Part shown: positions 20,501 through 28,636 of the stretch, in pieces
Layout: every line of letters starts with the position of its first letter
Numbering within the stretch: the first letter of the stretch is position 1
IMG/VR virus record: IMGVR_UViG_3300021400_000042
Length of the DNA: 64,000 nt
Origin: a virus
Reading direction: 5' to 3' (one strand)
The notes under the pieces: model-generated
What the model was told of the DNA's origin: nothing
Databases searched by the model: none
The model's input: only the letters and a program-made list of their open reading frames with translations
Made by a program: the position numbers and the translations under genes

Positions 20501-23500
20501 CGACCGTATGCTTTTCAAGTCTGATGACTTTGACAGCATTTATACGGATCCGGAGACTCTGGAACAGTTCCCGGCATGGAAGAACGACTTTGAAGCACGT
20601 TTCCCGGAAGATACCTGGGAAGATATCGACAAACTGAAAGAGTGGATCAGCTGGGTAGTATCTACAGACCGCGATCAGGCTACAGGTGATGCTCTTGAAG
20701 CTCCTGTAACCTATGACGGAACTGAGTACACTGCCGATACTGCGGAATATCGTCTGGCGAAGTTCAAAGCAGAACTGGCGGATTATGCAGAGGTTGACAC
20801 TCTGATTTTCTACTATGTATGGACAGAATTCTTCCTGATGGTAGACTCCCGTGCAAAGAACCTGTTCATGGGCTTCCATGGCAGCCCGTGTGAGATCGAG
20901 GGTAGCGCGATTGATCGTAAGATCGTCGCAGAGCCTTACGATATGGATACCGGCCTGGGAACCAACAATGAAGGTACTCTGACATACACCTACAGTCTGG
21001 AAGATCTGGACACGATTGCCGGCGCGGATGTTTTCAACGGACAGCACTCTGTACTGTGGTGCAACCTGAGAGATACGCACAGAGCCGCAATCGTCAACAT
21101 GTATCAGACGCTCCGTTCCTCCGGCGGCCTTAACTACAAAGCAGTTGAGAAGCGCTATGAGGATGCACAGAATATCTGGCCGGAAGCAGTCTGGAATGAA
21201 GACGGAAGGATCAAATATACCGATCCTCTGACCAATCCGGAGACCGGTAAAGAACCGACGGCCTTCTATCTTCCCATGGCACAGGGATCAAAGGAGCAGC
21301 AGCGTAAATGGTGGCTGGGTAACCGTTTCGCGTACATGGACAGCAAATGGAATGCCGGTGATGCACTGGCACAGGTCATTCAGCTTCGTGGCTATGCAAA
21401 AGCGGATATCACGGTTACACCTTACATTGACCTGTATCCGACGGTCAAATATGGATCCTACCTGGTACAGCAGAGAGGTACGGCGGGGACACCTGCTACA
21501 CTGGCCTGCCCGATGGATTCTGTGAATGATACTGAGATCTATATTTACAGTGCGCCGCAGATTGCAAGCGTGGGCGATCTGTCCGGGCTGAAAGTCGGTG
21601 TCGCTGACTTCTCTCAGGCTACAAACATTCAGGAGGTCAAACTGGGTGATGCGGATCCGAGTTACGAAAACAACAACATGAAGCGTCTGAGCTTCGGCAG
21701 CAACGTTCTTCTGAAGAAGATCGATGTCCGGAACTGTGCGATGCTTGGAACCGACGAACAGAAGAGCGTGGACGTTTCCAACTGCGCTATTCTGGAAGAG
21801 GCTTACTTCGACGGCACAGCTATTCAGGGTCTTTCCCTTCCGAATGGCGGCGTGCTGAGAGTGCTGCACGTACCGGCTACAATGTCGAACCTGACGATCA
21901 GGAACCAGAAGAACCTTGCAGAGTTTGTTATCCCGTCCTACAGCAATATCTCGACGTTGTGGCTGGAAAACAACAGCGCCGTGATTGATACTCTGGATAT
22001 TGTGAAGAAGGTTCCGGCAAATGCCCGTATCCATCTGGTAGGGGTAGCGTGGGAAGCGGCTGACGCGGCAGAGATCAGAACCGTCCTGGATCTTCTTGAT
22101 ACAATGAGAGGTCTGGATGACTACGGCAACAACCAGGATCAGGCGTATGTTTCCGGATCCATCCACACAAGCAGCCTGACCGGTGCTGAAGTGGCGGAGT
22201 TTGAAGGCAGATACCCGTATCTGAAGATCCTTGCTGACCACACAACGTCTTACCGCACCTATGCGGATTATGACGGTACAGAGCTGAAGAAGGTTGCTTG
22301 CATCGACGGCGTACCGCAGGAGAGCGCACCGGCCAATCCGTCTAGGGCGCAGACAGCTCAGTACAGCTATTCCTTCGTGGGATGGTCTAAGAGCATGAAC
22401 GCTGAGACAGCGGACTCTGATGCACTGGATAACGTGATTGCTGACAGGACGATCTATGCGGCCTACAGCAAGACCGTGAGGGAATACACCGTAACATGGA
22501 AGAATGCGGATGGAACCACTCTCAGAACGGATACGCTGAAATATGGCGCAACACCGTCCTGGGGACAGGCTATGCCGACCAATTCCAGCGGCCAGACGGC
22601 ACAGGGATGGACACCGACGATCAGCACGGTCACCGGTAACGCAACCTATACCGCGTCCTACATTCCGGTATACAACGTATACTTCTACAACGGTACGACG
22701 CTGCTGAAGGAACAGCAGGTACAGCAGGGTGGAAATGCTACACCGCCGAGTGAAACACCTGTGAGCGCGGACGGTCCGGATTATGAATTCACCGGATGGC
22801 TGCCGGGGTACACGAACATTCAGGGTAACACTTCCTGCTATGCACAGTTCAAAGCTCCGAGTGCTGTGAAGGAAATCACGGATGACTGGGCAACCATTGT
22901 CTCAAAGATTGCGAACGGCACGGCAAATTACCAGGTAGGTAACTACAAGCCTCTGGACCTTGGTACAGAGGGCGTTGTCAATATGCAGATCGTTGGTAAG
23001 AATACCAGTCCTCTTGCATCCGGCAGCGGAACAGCTACTTATGACTGGCTGAGTATGGAACTGCTTGCAACTGACCATAGAATGAACCCGTCCAACAACA
23101 ATAACGCTGAAGGAACCGGGTCTATCGGTGGTTGGGAGAAGTGTGAAATGAGGAAGTACCTCAAAGAGACCATTAAGCCGCTCATACCTGAGACGGTTAG
23201 AAATGCAATCAAAGAGGTTACGAAGTATTCGCGTATCTTTGATACAAGCGGAACTGCAGTCAACGATGTGGCATCGACAGAAGATGTCTGGATCCCGTCC
23301 AAACGTGAAATGTTTGGTGCAATCAGTAATGCAGAGACGATGGGACCGATCTATGACGGAATCTTCACGGATAATGCAAGCCGTGTGAAGAAGAAAGTAG
23401 GCGCGTCCAGCGCCTCGTTCTGGTGGTGCCGGTCCGCTGGTACCAACCATGGCTTCAGTGGTGTGAACAGCAGCGGCGGCAATAGCTATAACGGCGCGAG

Positions 23501-23537
23501 CAACTCCTACCCGCTGGCCCTGGGCTTCTCAATTTAA
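17508..23537 (+). CDS. Giant modular tail fibre / receptor-binding protein (2009 aa), DGR target 1
   Basis: Contains a BppU_N-like N-terminus, a coiled coil, an LRR-like block (KLGDADPSYENNNMKRLSFGSNVLLKKIDVRNC...) and Listeria-Bacteroides-type repeats (YSFVGWS..., YEFTGWL...). The C-terminal domain ends in VR1. Confidence 0.85.
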   Translation: MIIHEFDLDMIPGGNVPSIRVNQYDEDFNLKINLFSRNGNFSVLSGTTALVRGTKPDGNAYSAEASVNGTVVTVTGNQQITAAAGRAIFEISLRRNGRELNTANFVIDIEQAAMDKDTVASTSVVRELVDIMDNSEEIINAGQQYENSQRAMEELTARSEAAAETATTMKTQTEEIATQTAEKWTEVSEQMDRKSAAIATLVSNADQVAAEASEKAGNALNEAAEVSNSLEDIQGKVTALELGQNNYVADGYVEDEEAVFVDKDGNEMFRITGIGGSGGGGGSSDQTVKSQVTMDNMTGWLSKTIAAGAECPVSFVWSSTMEGIPTGNGVVSVTVNNVVKATMDVAQGAVEIDLTPYMTASVNRVEVRVTDIEGQYKRINYSITIMQLSLSSTFDVATPYTGAIPFPYTPIGAVQKTVHFILDGTEIGTQQTSVTGRQMTYTIPAQAHGGHSIRVYFEAEINGETVRSNELYYEFTCLEAMSDEVIITSPYNQATQPQYTSIAIPFTVYDPVSPTAEVKIYANGELLSTQTVDRSEQSYTYRATEAGPLVIEIKSHETTKTFNIEITESDVHAEAETENLMLFLSSQGRSNNEENPWTWVSNVGENDVSAVLSGFNGASDGWQTDESGITCLRVTGGARVQIPYQIFAADARRTGLTFEIEYATRNVSDYNATILSCMNGGRGLEITPQRATLKSEQTELYMQYKEGEHIRVAYTIGKRSENRLVKSYIDGKIARVTQYPDDDDFAQVAPVGISIGSDNCTIDIYCIRVYTNDLTANQVMDNWIADTQDGSLMLERYARNQIFDAYGQVVPGQLPSNLPYMIIECEELPQYKGDKKTVNVSYTDPLYPSHSFTAEKVQANVQGTSSAPYAVKNLDLQFKGGFEMTTTGHSKLYRLRDDSMPTARFVLKADVASSESANNTQLVRLYNDLCPYKTPEMEEDERVRWGIDGIQIVMFWRDTVTGDLHFKGKYNFNFPKRFPEGYGYTEDQESWEWQNNTSDRMLFKSDDFDSIYTDPETLEQFPAWKNDFEARFPEDTWEDIDKLKEWISWVVSTDRDQATGDALEAPVTYDGTEYTADTAEYRLAKFKAELADYAEVDTLIFYYVWTEFFLMVDSRAKNLFMGFHGSPCEIEGSAIDRKIVAEPYDMDTGLGTNNEGTLTYTYSLEDLDTIAGADVFNGQHSVLWCNLRDTHRAAIVNMYQTLRSSGGLNYKAVEKRYEDAQNIWPEAVWNEDGRIKYTDPLTNPETGKEPTAFYLPMAQGSKEQQRKWWLGNRFAYMDSKWNAGDALAQVIQLRGYAKADITVTPYIDLYPTVKYGSYLVQQRGTAGTPATLACPMDSVNDTEIYIYSAPQIASVGDLSGLKVGVADFSQATNIQEVKLGDADPSYENNNMKRLSFGSNVLLKKIDVRNCAMLGTDEQKSVDVSNCAILEEAYFDGTAIQGLSLPNGGVLRVLHVPATMSNLTIRNQKNLAEFVIPSYSNISTLWLENNSAVIDTLDIVKKVPANARIHLVGVAWEAADAAEIRTVLDLLDTMRGLDDYGNNQDQAYVSGSIHTSSLTGAEVAEFEGRYPYLKILADHTTSYRTYADYDGTELKKVACIDGVPQESAPANPSRAQTAQYSYSFVGWSKSMNAETADSDALDNVIADRTIYAAYSKTVREYTVTWKNADGTTLRTDTLKYGATPSWGQAMPTNSSGQTAQGWTPTISTVTGNATYTASYIPVYNVYFYNGTTLLKEQQVQQGGNATPPSETPVSADGPDYEFTGWLPGYTNIQGNTSCYAQFKAPSAVKEITDDWATIVSKIANGTANYQVGNYKPLDLGTEGVVNMQIVGKNTSPLASGSGTATYDWLSMELLATDHRMNPSNNNNAEGTGSIGGWEKCEMRKYLKETIKPLIPETVRNAIKEVTKYSRIFDTSGTAVNDVASTEDVWIPSKREMFGAISNAETMGPIYDGIFTDNASRVKKKVGASSASFWWCRSAGTNHGFSGVNSSGGNSYNGASNSYPLALGFSI
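23404..23531 (+). repeat. DGR variable region VR1
   Basis: 128 nt, collinear with TR 24132-24259. Has 14 mismatches in the body, all at TR adenines in AAC/AAT codons. Confidence 0.95.
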
Positions 23538-23549
23538 GCCCGTATCCAT

Positions 23550-23576
23550 GATCTGGCCCGCTTGTCGGGCCAGATC
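23550..23576 (+). promoter_or_regulatory. GC hairpin downstream of VR1 (retrohoming-associated)
   Basis: GATCTGGCCCG-CTTGT-CGGGCCAGATC, an 11-bp stem, 18 nt after VR1. Confidence 0.7.
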
Positions 23577-23603
23577 CCCCGGCTTGCAAGGAACCCACCT
23601 TTT

Positions 23604-23630
23604 CCGCCGCGTAAGCGGCGGCGAATTTTT
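23604..23630 (+). terminator. Rho-independent terminator after the tail fibre gene
   Basis: CCGCCGC-GTAA-GCGGCGG followed by CGAATTTTT. Confidence 0.65.
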
Positions 23631-23645
23631 GGGGATTTTTTAGGG

Positions 23646-23674
23646 TAGACGAACGGCGTAAGCTGAAGTATAAT
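23646..23674 (+). promoter_or_regulatory. Candidate promoter of the avd-TR-RT unit
   Basis: TAGACG, 17 nt, TATAAT. Confidence 0.45.
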
Positions 23675-23699
23675 GACGTGCTGAAAGTAGGTGAAAGCA

Positions 23700-24104
23700 A
23701 TGTCGGTCATCCGTAGTAAACGCGCGGAGTCCGAAATGGAGTTTATCCATACTGCCCGACAGCTTCAGGTCTATACGATTCAGAAGTGTGTCGGATTTCC
23801 CAAACGGTACACATTTTACATCGCCCAACCGATTGCAAATGCAGCTACACGGGTGCATGAGCTGACGAAGATGGCGAATAGTGTCTATCCCACCAATTCC
23901 CATGAAGTCCAGCTTCGGCGGGACTATCTCCTCAGAGCAAATGCAGAATTGAACAGCCTTGTCTCACAGATCGAAGTCGCTCATGAGCTATTCGGTCTTG
24001 AACCCAATGTCATGAAATTCTGGATGGATCTGGTGGATAAGGAGATCCGTTTGGTAAAGGGAACTCTGAAAAAGGACAAAGAGCGTTACAAGAATATCAC
24101 ATAA
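23700..24104 (+). CDS. avd: DGR accessory variability determinant (Avd, four-helix bundle)
   Basis: About 134-aa basic helical protein between the target gene and TR. The ATG at 23700 has an AGGTG RBS. Same position as bAvd in BPP-1-type DGRs. Confidence 0.8.
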   Translation: MSVIRSKRAESEMEFIHTARQLQVYTIQKCVGFPKRYTFYIAQPIANAATRVHELTKMANSVYPTNSHEVQLRRDYLLRANAELNSLVSQIEVAHELFGLEPNVMKFWMDLVDKEIRLVKGTLKKDKERYKNIT

Positions 24105-24131
24105 GTTTATTTTGGGTTTTGTTCTAAACAT

Positions 24132-24259
24132 CGTCCAGCGCCTCGTTCTGGTGGTGCCGGTCCGCTAATAACAACAATAACTTCAATGGTGTGAACAGCA
24201 GCGGCAACAATAACAATAACAACGCGAACAACTCCTACCCGCTGGCCCTGGGATCCTCA
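24132..24259 (+). repeat. DGR template repeat (TR)
   Basis: Non-coding, with a run of AAC/AAT triplets. Matches VR1 over 128 nt and VR2 over 108 nt. The 3' end GGATCCTCA differs from both VRs (GGCTTCTCA), consistent with an IMH* versus IMH distinction. Confidence 0.95.
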
Positions 24260-24485
24260 TCTGTGAGACAAAGTAACCCATGAGGGCGAAATCAGTGCAA
24301 GAGGATGAGAAGGAGAATAGAACCCTCCATGCGGAAGCATGGTAAATAATGCCCTTGATAGGTCTGGGCGGACGCTGCTTGCATGGCGGTGCTTGATGGT
24401 GATGCACCGTTTCATGCCCACTGACCTTACGCGGCTATATGTAACCATCCGGCAGCCGTACAGGGGCAATTTTAAAAAAGGACTG

Positions 24486-25640
24486 ATGACAATGACCAGT
24501 GAAGAACGTCGGGAGGGACGGTATCAGAGAAGGATTGCAAAGCGCATGGCGAAGAGAAATCAGAGCCGTGCTTTTTGTGATGACTTCAACACCGTATTCT
24601 CTTATGAAAATCTTTACCGGTCATATAAGAAATGCCGCAGGAATGTGGCGTGGAAAGCATCCGTCCAGAAATACATCACGCAAGCGCCTTTGATGGTCAA
24701 TCAGACATACGAAAAGCTGCAGGCGGGGAAATTCAAGTCCAGCGGCTTTTATGAGTTTGATATCAATGAGCGTGGGAAGATCCGGCATATTAAGTCGGTG
24801 ACTATAACAGAAAGAGTGGTACAGCGCTGTCTGTGCGATAATGCGCTTGTACCCATGCTGAGTCCTACTTTCATCTATGATAATGGTGCTTCACTGGAAA
24901 ACCGTGGATATCATTTCTCCATACGGCGGATGGTGAGACACCTGCAGGAGCATTACCGGAAACATGGTACAGAAGGTTATGTCCTGCTTTTTGATTTTTC
25001 CAAATTCTTTGATAATGTCTCTCATGAACTGTGCAAGCAAATCATGAGAGAACAGTTCACCGATGAAAGGGTCATAGGTATCACAGATCATTTCATTGAC
25101 ATGTTCGGTGATGTCGGCCTGGGACTTGGAAGTCAGATCAGTCAGACATTCGCTCTGGCCTCTGCAAATCGTCTCGATCATTATGTGAAAGAGGTACTGC
25201 GGATCAGAGGCTATGGACGGTATATGGATGACGGGTATCTGATTCACGAGAGTAAGGAATACCTGCAGCACTGCCTGACGGAAATCCGGCGGGTATGTAG
25301 GGAACTTGGGATCACGATCAATGAGAAGAAAACGCAGATTGTGAAGATATCCCATGGTTTTACCTTCCTGAAAGCTCGTTTTTACCTCACTGAAACCGGA
25401 AAAGTTGTCCGGAAAATATATAAAAAGTCCATCGTCCGGGAGCGGCGCAAGCTGAAAAAGTTTGTGCCTCTTCTGGAAAACGGGGTCATGAGCTACACGG
25501 ACGTTGCGACGGCCTTTCAGTCGTGGTGTGCGTATGCAAAGAACTTCAGCGCATGGCATACGATACAGAATATGTGTCGATTGTATAATCAACTATTCAT
25601 TTATCCCTGGATAATACAGGGAGGGACACAAGGTTGCTGA
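24486..25640 (+). CDS. DGR reverse transcriptase
   Basis: Contains RYMDDGYL (YMDD box) and LGLGSQISQ (the DGR-type [LIV]GxxxSQ motif). The start is set at ATG 24486 or 24492. The longer ORF from 24339 would cover the TR-RT spacer. Confidence 0.9.
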   Translation: MTMTSEERREGRYQRRIAKRMAKRNQSRAFCDDFNTVFSYENLYRSYKKCRRNVAWKASVQKYITQAPLMVNQTYEKLQAGKFKSSGFYEFDINERGKIRHIKSVTITERVVQRCLCDNALVPMLSPTFIYDNGASLENRGYHFSIRRMVRHLQEHYRKHGTEGYVLLFDFSKFFDNVSHELCKQIMREQFTDERVIGITDHFIDMFGDVGLGLGSQISQTFALASANRLDHYVKEVLRIRGYGRYMDDGYLIHESKEYLQHCLTEIRRVCRELGITINEKKTQIVKISHGFTFLKARFYLTETGKVVRKIYKKSIVRERRKLKKFVPLLENGVMSYTDVATAFQSWCAYAKNFSAWHTIQNMCRLYNQLFIYPWIIQGGTQGC

Positions 25641-25642
25641 AA

Positions 25643-25670
25643 GCATCTTCCAGACGGGAGGTGCTTTTTT
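25643..25670 (+). terminator. Rho-independent terminator after RT
   Basis: GCATCTTCC-AGAC-GGGAGGTGC (two G-U pairs) followed by TTTTTT. Confidence 0.6.
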
Positions 25671-25699
25671 AATGCCCAAAAGAAAGGAGATTCAGCAAG

Positions 25700-26041
25700 A
25701 TGAAACTGGAAATGGTATTGATGGATGGAACGGCGGTGGAACTGATTGAGGCTTCTTATCCGCAGCACTATGTCCTGTCCTGTGGGAGCCGGACGGCCTT
25801 CACAAAGATCTGGGGCAAGATGACGGATGAAAACATCTCGGAGATTCACATCAAAGAAGATGATGAAGAGAAGGCCATCATCGTAGGATCCCGGCTTGTC
25901 GGAACTCAGACAGTAAACTTCCCCAACAATGTAATGCTTGGTCATTTCTACTTCAGCGGCGGCGATGTGTACGGCCCCGGTGAGTATCCGCCTGCAGAGG
26001 AAGAGGAATTTATTGATGAGGAAGAGACACCTGACGAATAA
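25700..26041 (+). CDS. Hypothetical acidic protein (113 aa)
   Basis: AAAGGAGA RBS. No recognisable motif. Confidence 0.5.
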   Translation: MKLEMVLMDGTAVELIEASYPQHYVLSCGSRTAFTKIWGKMTDENISEIHIKEDDEEKAIIVGSRLVGTQTVNFPNNVMLGHFYFSGGDVYGPGEYPPAEEEEFIDEEETPDE

Positions 26042-26072
26042 TCACGGCTTCAACAGAAAGGAGAACTGACCA

Positions 26073-26468
26073 ATGGACTTTCTTCAGACGCTCATCGGCG
26101 GATTGATCGGTGGTGGGCTTATAGGCTTTATCGAATTCCTTATCCGCCGAAAGGATGAAAAGGAAGACAAAAACAGCGAGATCCTGAAAGCTGTGAAAGA
26201 TCTGTCGAAAAAGGTTTCTGACATTGAAACACGCCTCGATAAAGAAAACGCTGACAATGCCCGGAGAAATATCCTGGCATTCGATGACGAATTGAGGCGC
26301 GGCATGGACCATTCAGAGGAAAGTTTTAACCAGATCCTCGAAGACACCAACTTTTATACCCGCTATTGCAAGGATCACCCTGAATACGAGAATAACAAGG
26401 CGATCAATGCGATAGCACATATCAACACAGTTTATCAGCATGTGAAAGCTGAAAACAAGTTCATCTGA
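26073..26468 (+). CDS. Membrane-anchored protein (131 aa), lysis-module associated
   Basis: N-terminal TM segment [18 protein letters not shown]. Lies immediately upstream of the holin. Confidence 0.5.
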   Translation: MDFLQTLIGGLIGGGLIGFIEFLIRRKDEKEDKNSEILKAVKDLSKKVSDIETRLDKENADNARRNILAFDDELRRGMDHSEESFNQILEDTNFYTRYCKDHPEYENNKAINAIAHINTVYQHVKAENKFI

Positions 26469-26482
26469 GAAAGGAGATCATC

Positions 26483-26677
26483 ATGAATAAGAGAACATGG
26501 ATTCAGGCAGCAGGAGTAAGAGCGATTAAGACGGTTGCACAGACAGCAGTGGCCACCATCGGTACTGCCGCCGTACTCGGTGATGTGAACTGGGTTGCTG
26601 TGGCAAGCGCGTCCGTACTGGCAGGCATCCTGTCTCTGCTGACCAGCGTTGCCGGCCTTCCCGAAGTCGAAGCGTGA
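26483..26677 (+). CDS. Holin
   Basis: 64 aa with two hydrophobic segments ([28 protein letters not shown]). Upstream of the endolysin. Confidence 0.7.
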   Translation: MNKRTWIQAAGVRAIKTVAQTAVATIGTAAVLGDVNWVAVASASVLAGILSLLTSVAGLPEVEA

Positions 26678-26799
26678 GACACGCGCTCATTATCGGAGCC
26701 GTCCTGCTATGCGGGGCGGCTCTTACTTTTGGCGGCATGGTAATACATGAACTTGGACGATTTATCAACGATGTAAGGGGAGATAACGAATATGAATAA
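26674..26799 (+). CDS. Possible small membrane peptide (41 aa, GTG start)
   Basis: Bridges the holin stop and the endolysin start. One TM segment ([21 protein letters not shown]). Below the ORF-track cutoff. Confidence 0.3.
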   Translation: MRHALIIGAVLLCGAALTFGGMVIHELGRFINDVRGDNEYE

Positions 26800-28588
26800 A
26801 GAAAATATGGCCGTCCTGACAAATGTTATCGGCGCGGTAGAGTCTGGCGGTCAGATCTACGGGAAGCGCGACTATTCCGCGTATGCGGCCCCGTACACGA
26901 ACAGCAATGTGGAGCATACAATCACCCTGGGATGGGCGCAGAACTACGGATCTGAAGCCCACAAGCTGATTCAGATGATTTATGATGCGGATCCGGCAGC
27001 CTTCAAAAAGATTGATGGGAACGGCAGCATAAAGAAAGCGTTGGCGAAGGACTGGGTAGCTACACGGTGGAATCCGAGTGCTGCACAGAAGAAGACACTG
27101 ATTGCCCTGATTTCTTCCGACGCAGGAAAGAAGTGCCAGGACGAACTGTTTGCACAGCTTATGGATACCTTCATCGCGGAGTGCGAGAAGAAATATACCA
27201 AAGATATCAAGGCGGTCATGATGTATTGTCAGATCCGGCATCTGGGTGGCGGTGGTCCTGTAAAGAGGATCTTTGACCGGTTGGGAGGAGACTACAGCCT
27301 GGACGCGATCATGGCATCTCTGAAGAAGGATCAGAACGATACATCCAATGATAATCAGGTCGGGGACGCGAAGTTCTGGACCAGACATCAGAAGTGTAAG
27401 CAGTTCATTGAGAAGTATGCGGTAGTGGATAAAGTGGATAAAGTAGATGAAAGTGAGGATAAGACAATGGGAGTAACAGCTGAACAGGTCATTGCGGTAT
27501 ATAGGAGCTGGATCGGGCTGTCCCGTGCGGCCGGCACACACTCTGTTATCCTGGACACATATAACAAGTACATTCGGAACCATCCGGGAGCAGGCCGTAA
27601 CTATCAGGTTCAGAGAAGTGACGCATACTGCGATACTACGTTCTCTGCAGCATTCGTGAAGCTGAATGCGGTTGACCTGATCGGTGGCGTGGAATGCGGT
27701 GTGGAAGAACATGTGAAGATCTTCAAGGCTGCCGGTATCTGGGAAGAGGACGGCAGTATTACGCCTAAACCCGGTTACGGCATCATCTATAACTGGGATG
27801 ATGCGACGCAGCCGAATGACGGCTACAGTGACCATATCGGCATCGTAGAGAAGGTTTCCGGCGGGTACATTACCTGCATTGAAGGAAACATGAACGGCGG
27901 TGTTGTCGGCCGCAGGACAATTCCGGTTGGCTGGGGGTATATCCGCGGTTTCGCAAAACCGAAATATGCGACATCCTCCGGTAAGACCGAAGAGAAGCAG
28001 GAGCAGACTGCTACACAGCAGCAGGCGGGTGGCGGAACGACACTCAGCAAAGCAAAGAAGTGGAACGGCATTGTCGTGGATAAGACCGGCGCAAATGTAC
28101 GGACCTGGCCGGGAACGGAGAACCATCAGGTTTCCTTCAGTCCTCTGAAATACGGAACCGTGGTAGATGTCTGCGATACCATCAAAGCGGCGGATCAGAC
28201 AGACTGGTATTACATCCGGTATAATGGTCGGTATGGTTTTGTCAGTGCTGCCCTCATCCAGCGGAAGGAAACGGCGGCAGCAGCCCCGTTCACACCGAAG
28301 GAACAGGCCACAAAAAAGACGGCCACCTATGGCGCGTCTATCGGTCCTGACAAGTCTGTGGCCGGAACCTATAAGGTCACAGCTGACAGCCTGAATATCC
28401 GGAACCGTGCCGGTGTGGACACGGCTAAAGGGTGTACGATCCTGGGAGCAATTCCGGAGGGGACCAAAGTCCAGAACTACGGTTTCTATTCCATGGTCGG
28501 CGGTGTGAAGTGGCTTTACATTCAGGTCACCTATGACGGTGTGACCTATACCGGTCATTGTTCCGGCGAATATCTGAAGAAGGTTTGA
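26792..28588 (+). CDS. Endolysin (CHAP/NlpC-P60-like amidase plus two SH3b domains)
   Basis: Cys in SDAYCDTTFSAAF and His in YSDHIGIVEKV. Two C-terminal SH3-like repeats (NVRTWPG...WYYIRYNGRYGFV and LNIRNRAG...WLYIQVTYDG). Confidence 0.8.
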   Translation: MNKENMAVLTNVIGAVESGGQIYGKRDYSAYAAPYTNSNVEHTITLGWAQNYGSEAHKLIQMIYDADPAAFKKIDGNGSIKKALAKDWVATRWNPSAAQKKTLIALISSDAGKKCQDELFAQLMDTFIAECEKKYTKDIKAVMMYCQIRHLGGGGPVKRIFDRLGGDYSLDAIMASLKKDQNDTSNDNQVGDAKFWTRHQKCKQFIEKYAVVDKVDKVDESEDKTMGVTAEQVIAVYRSWIGLSRAAGTHSVILDTYNKYIRNHPGAGRNYQVQRSDAYCDTTFSAAFVKLNAVDLIGGVECGVEEHVKIFKAAGIWEEDGSITPKPGYGIIYNWDDATQPNDGYSDHIGIVEKVSGGYITCIEGNMNGGVVGRRTIPVGWGYIRGFAKPKYATSSGKTEEKQEQTATQQQAGGGTTLSKAKKWNGIVVDKTGANVRTWPGTENHQVSFSPLKYGTVVDVCDTIKAADQTDWYYIRYNGRYGFVSAALIQRKETAAAAPFTPKEQATKKTATYGASIGPDKSVAGTYKVTADSLNIRNRAGVDTAKGCTILGAIPEGTKVQNYGFYSMVGGVKWLYIQVTYDGVTYTGHCSGEYLKKV

Positions 28589-28594
28589 TCGGGT

Positions 28595-28634
28595 TGCCCT
28601 GGTGAGGATTGAGGTCCTTGCCGGGGCATTTTTT
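28595..28634 (+). terminator. Terminator after the lysis genes
   Basis: TGCCCTGG...CCGGGGCA stem followed by TTTTTT. Confidence 0.55.
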
Positions 28635-28636
28635 AT

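Noticed and set aside
18669-21080. 803-aa ORF on the minus strand
   Set aside because: It lies entirely antisense to the 2009-aa tail-fibre gene, has no RBS and a low-complexity composition rich in R, C and I. This is a shadow ORF.
24339-24485. N-terminal extension of the RT ORF (start at 24339)
   Set aside because: It would make the TR-RT spacer coding. It has no RBS, and RT-like sequence begins only after the ATG at 24486/24492. It is more likely part of the non-coding TR-spacer RNA.
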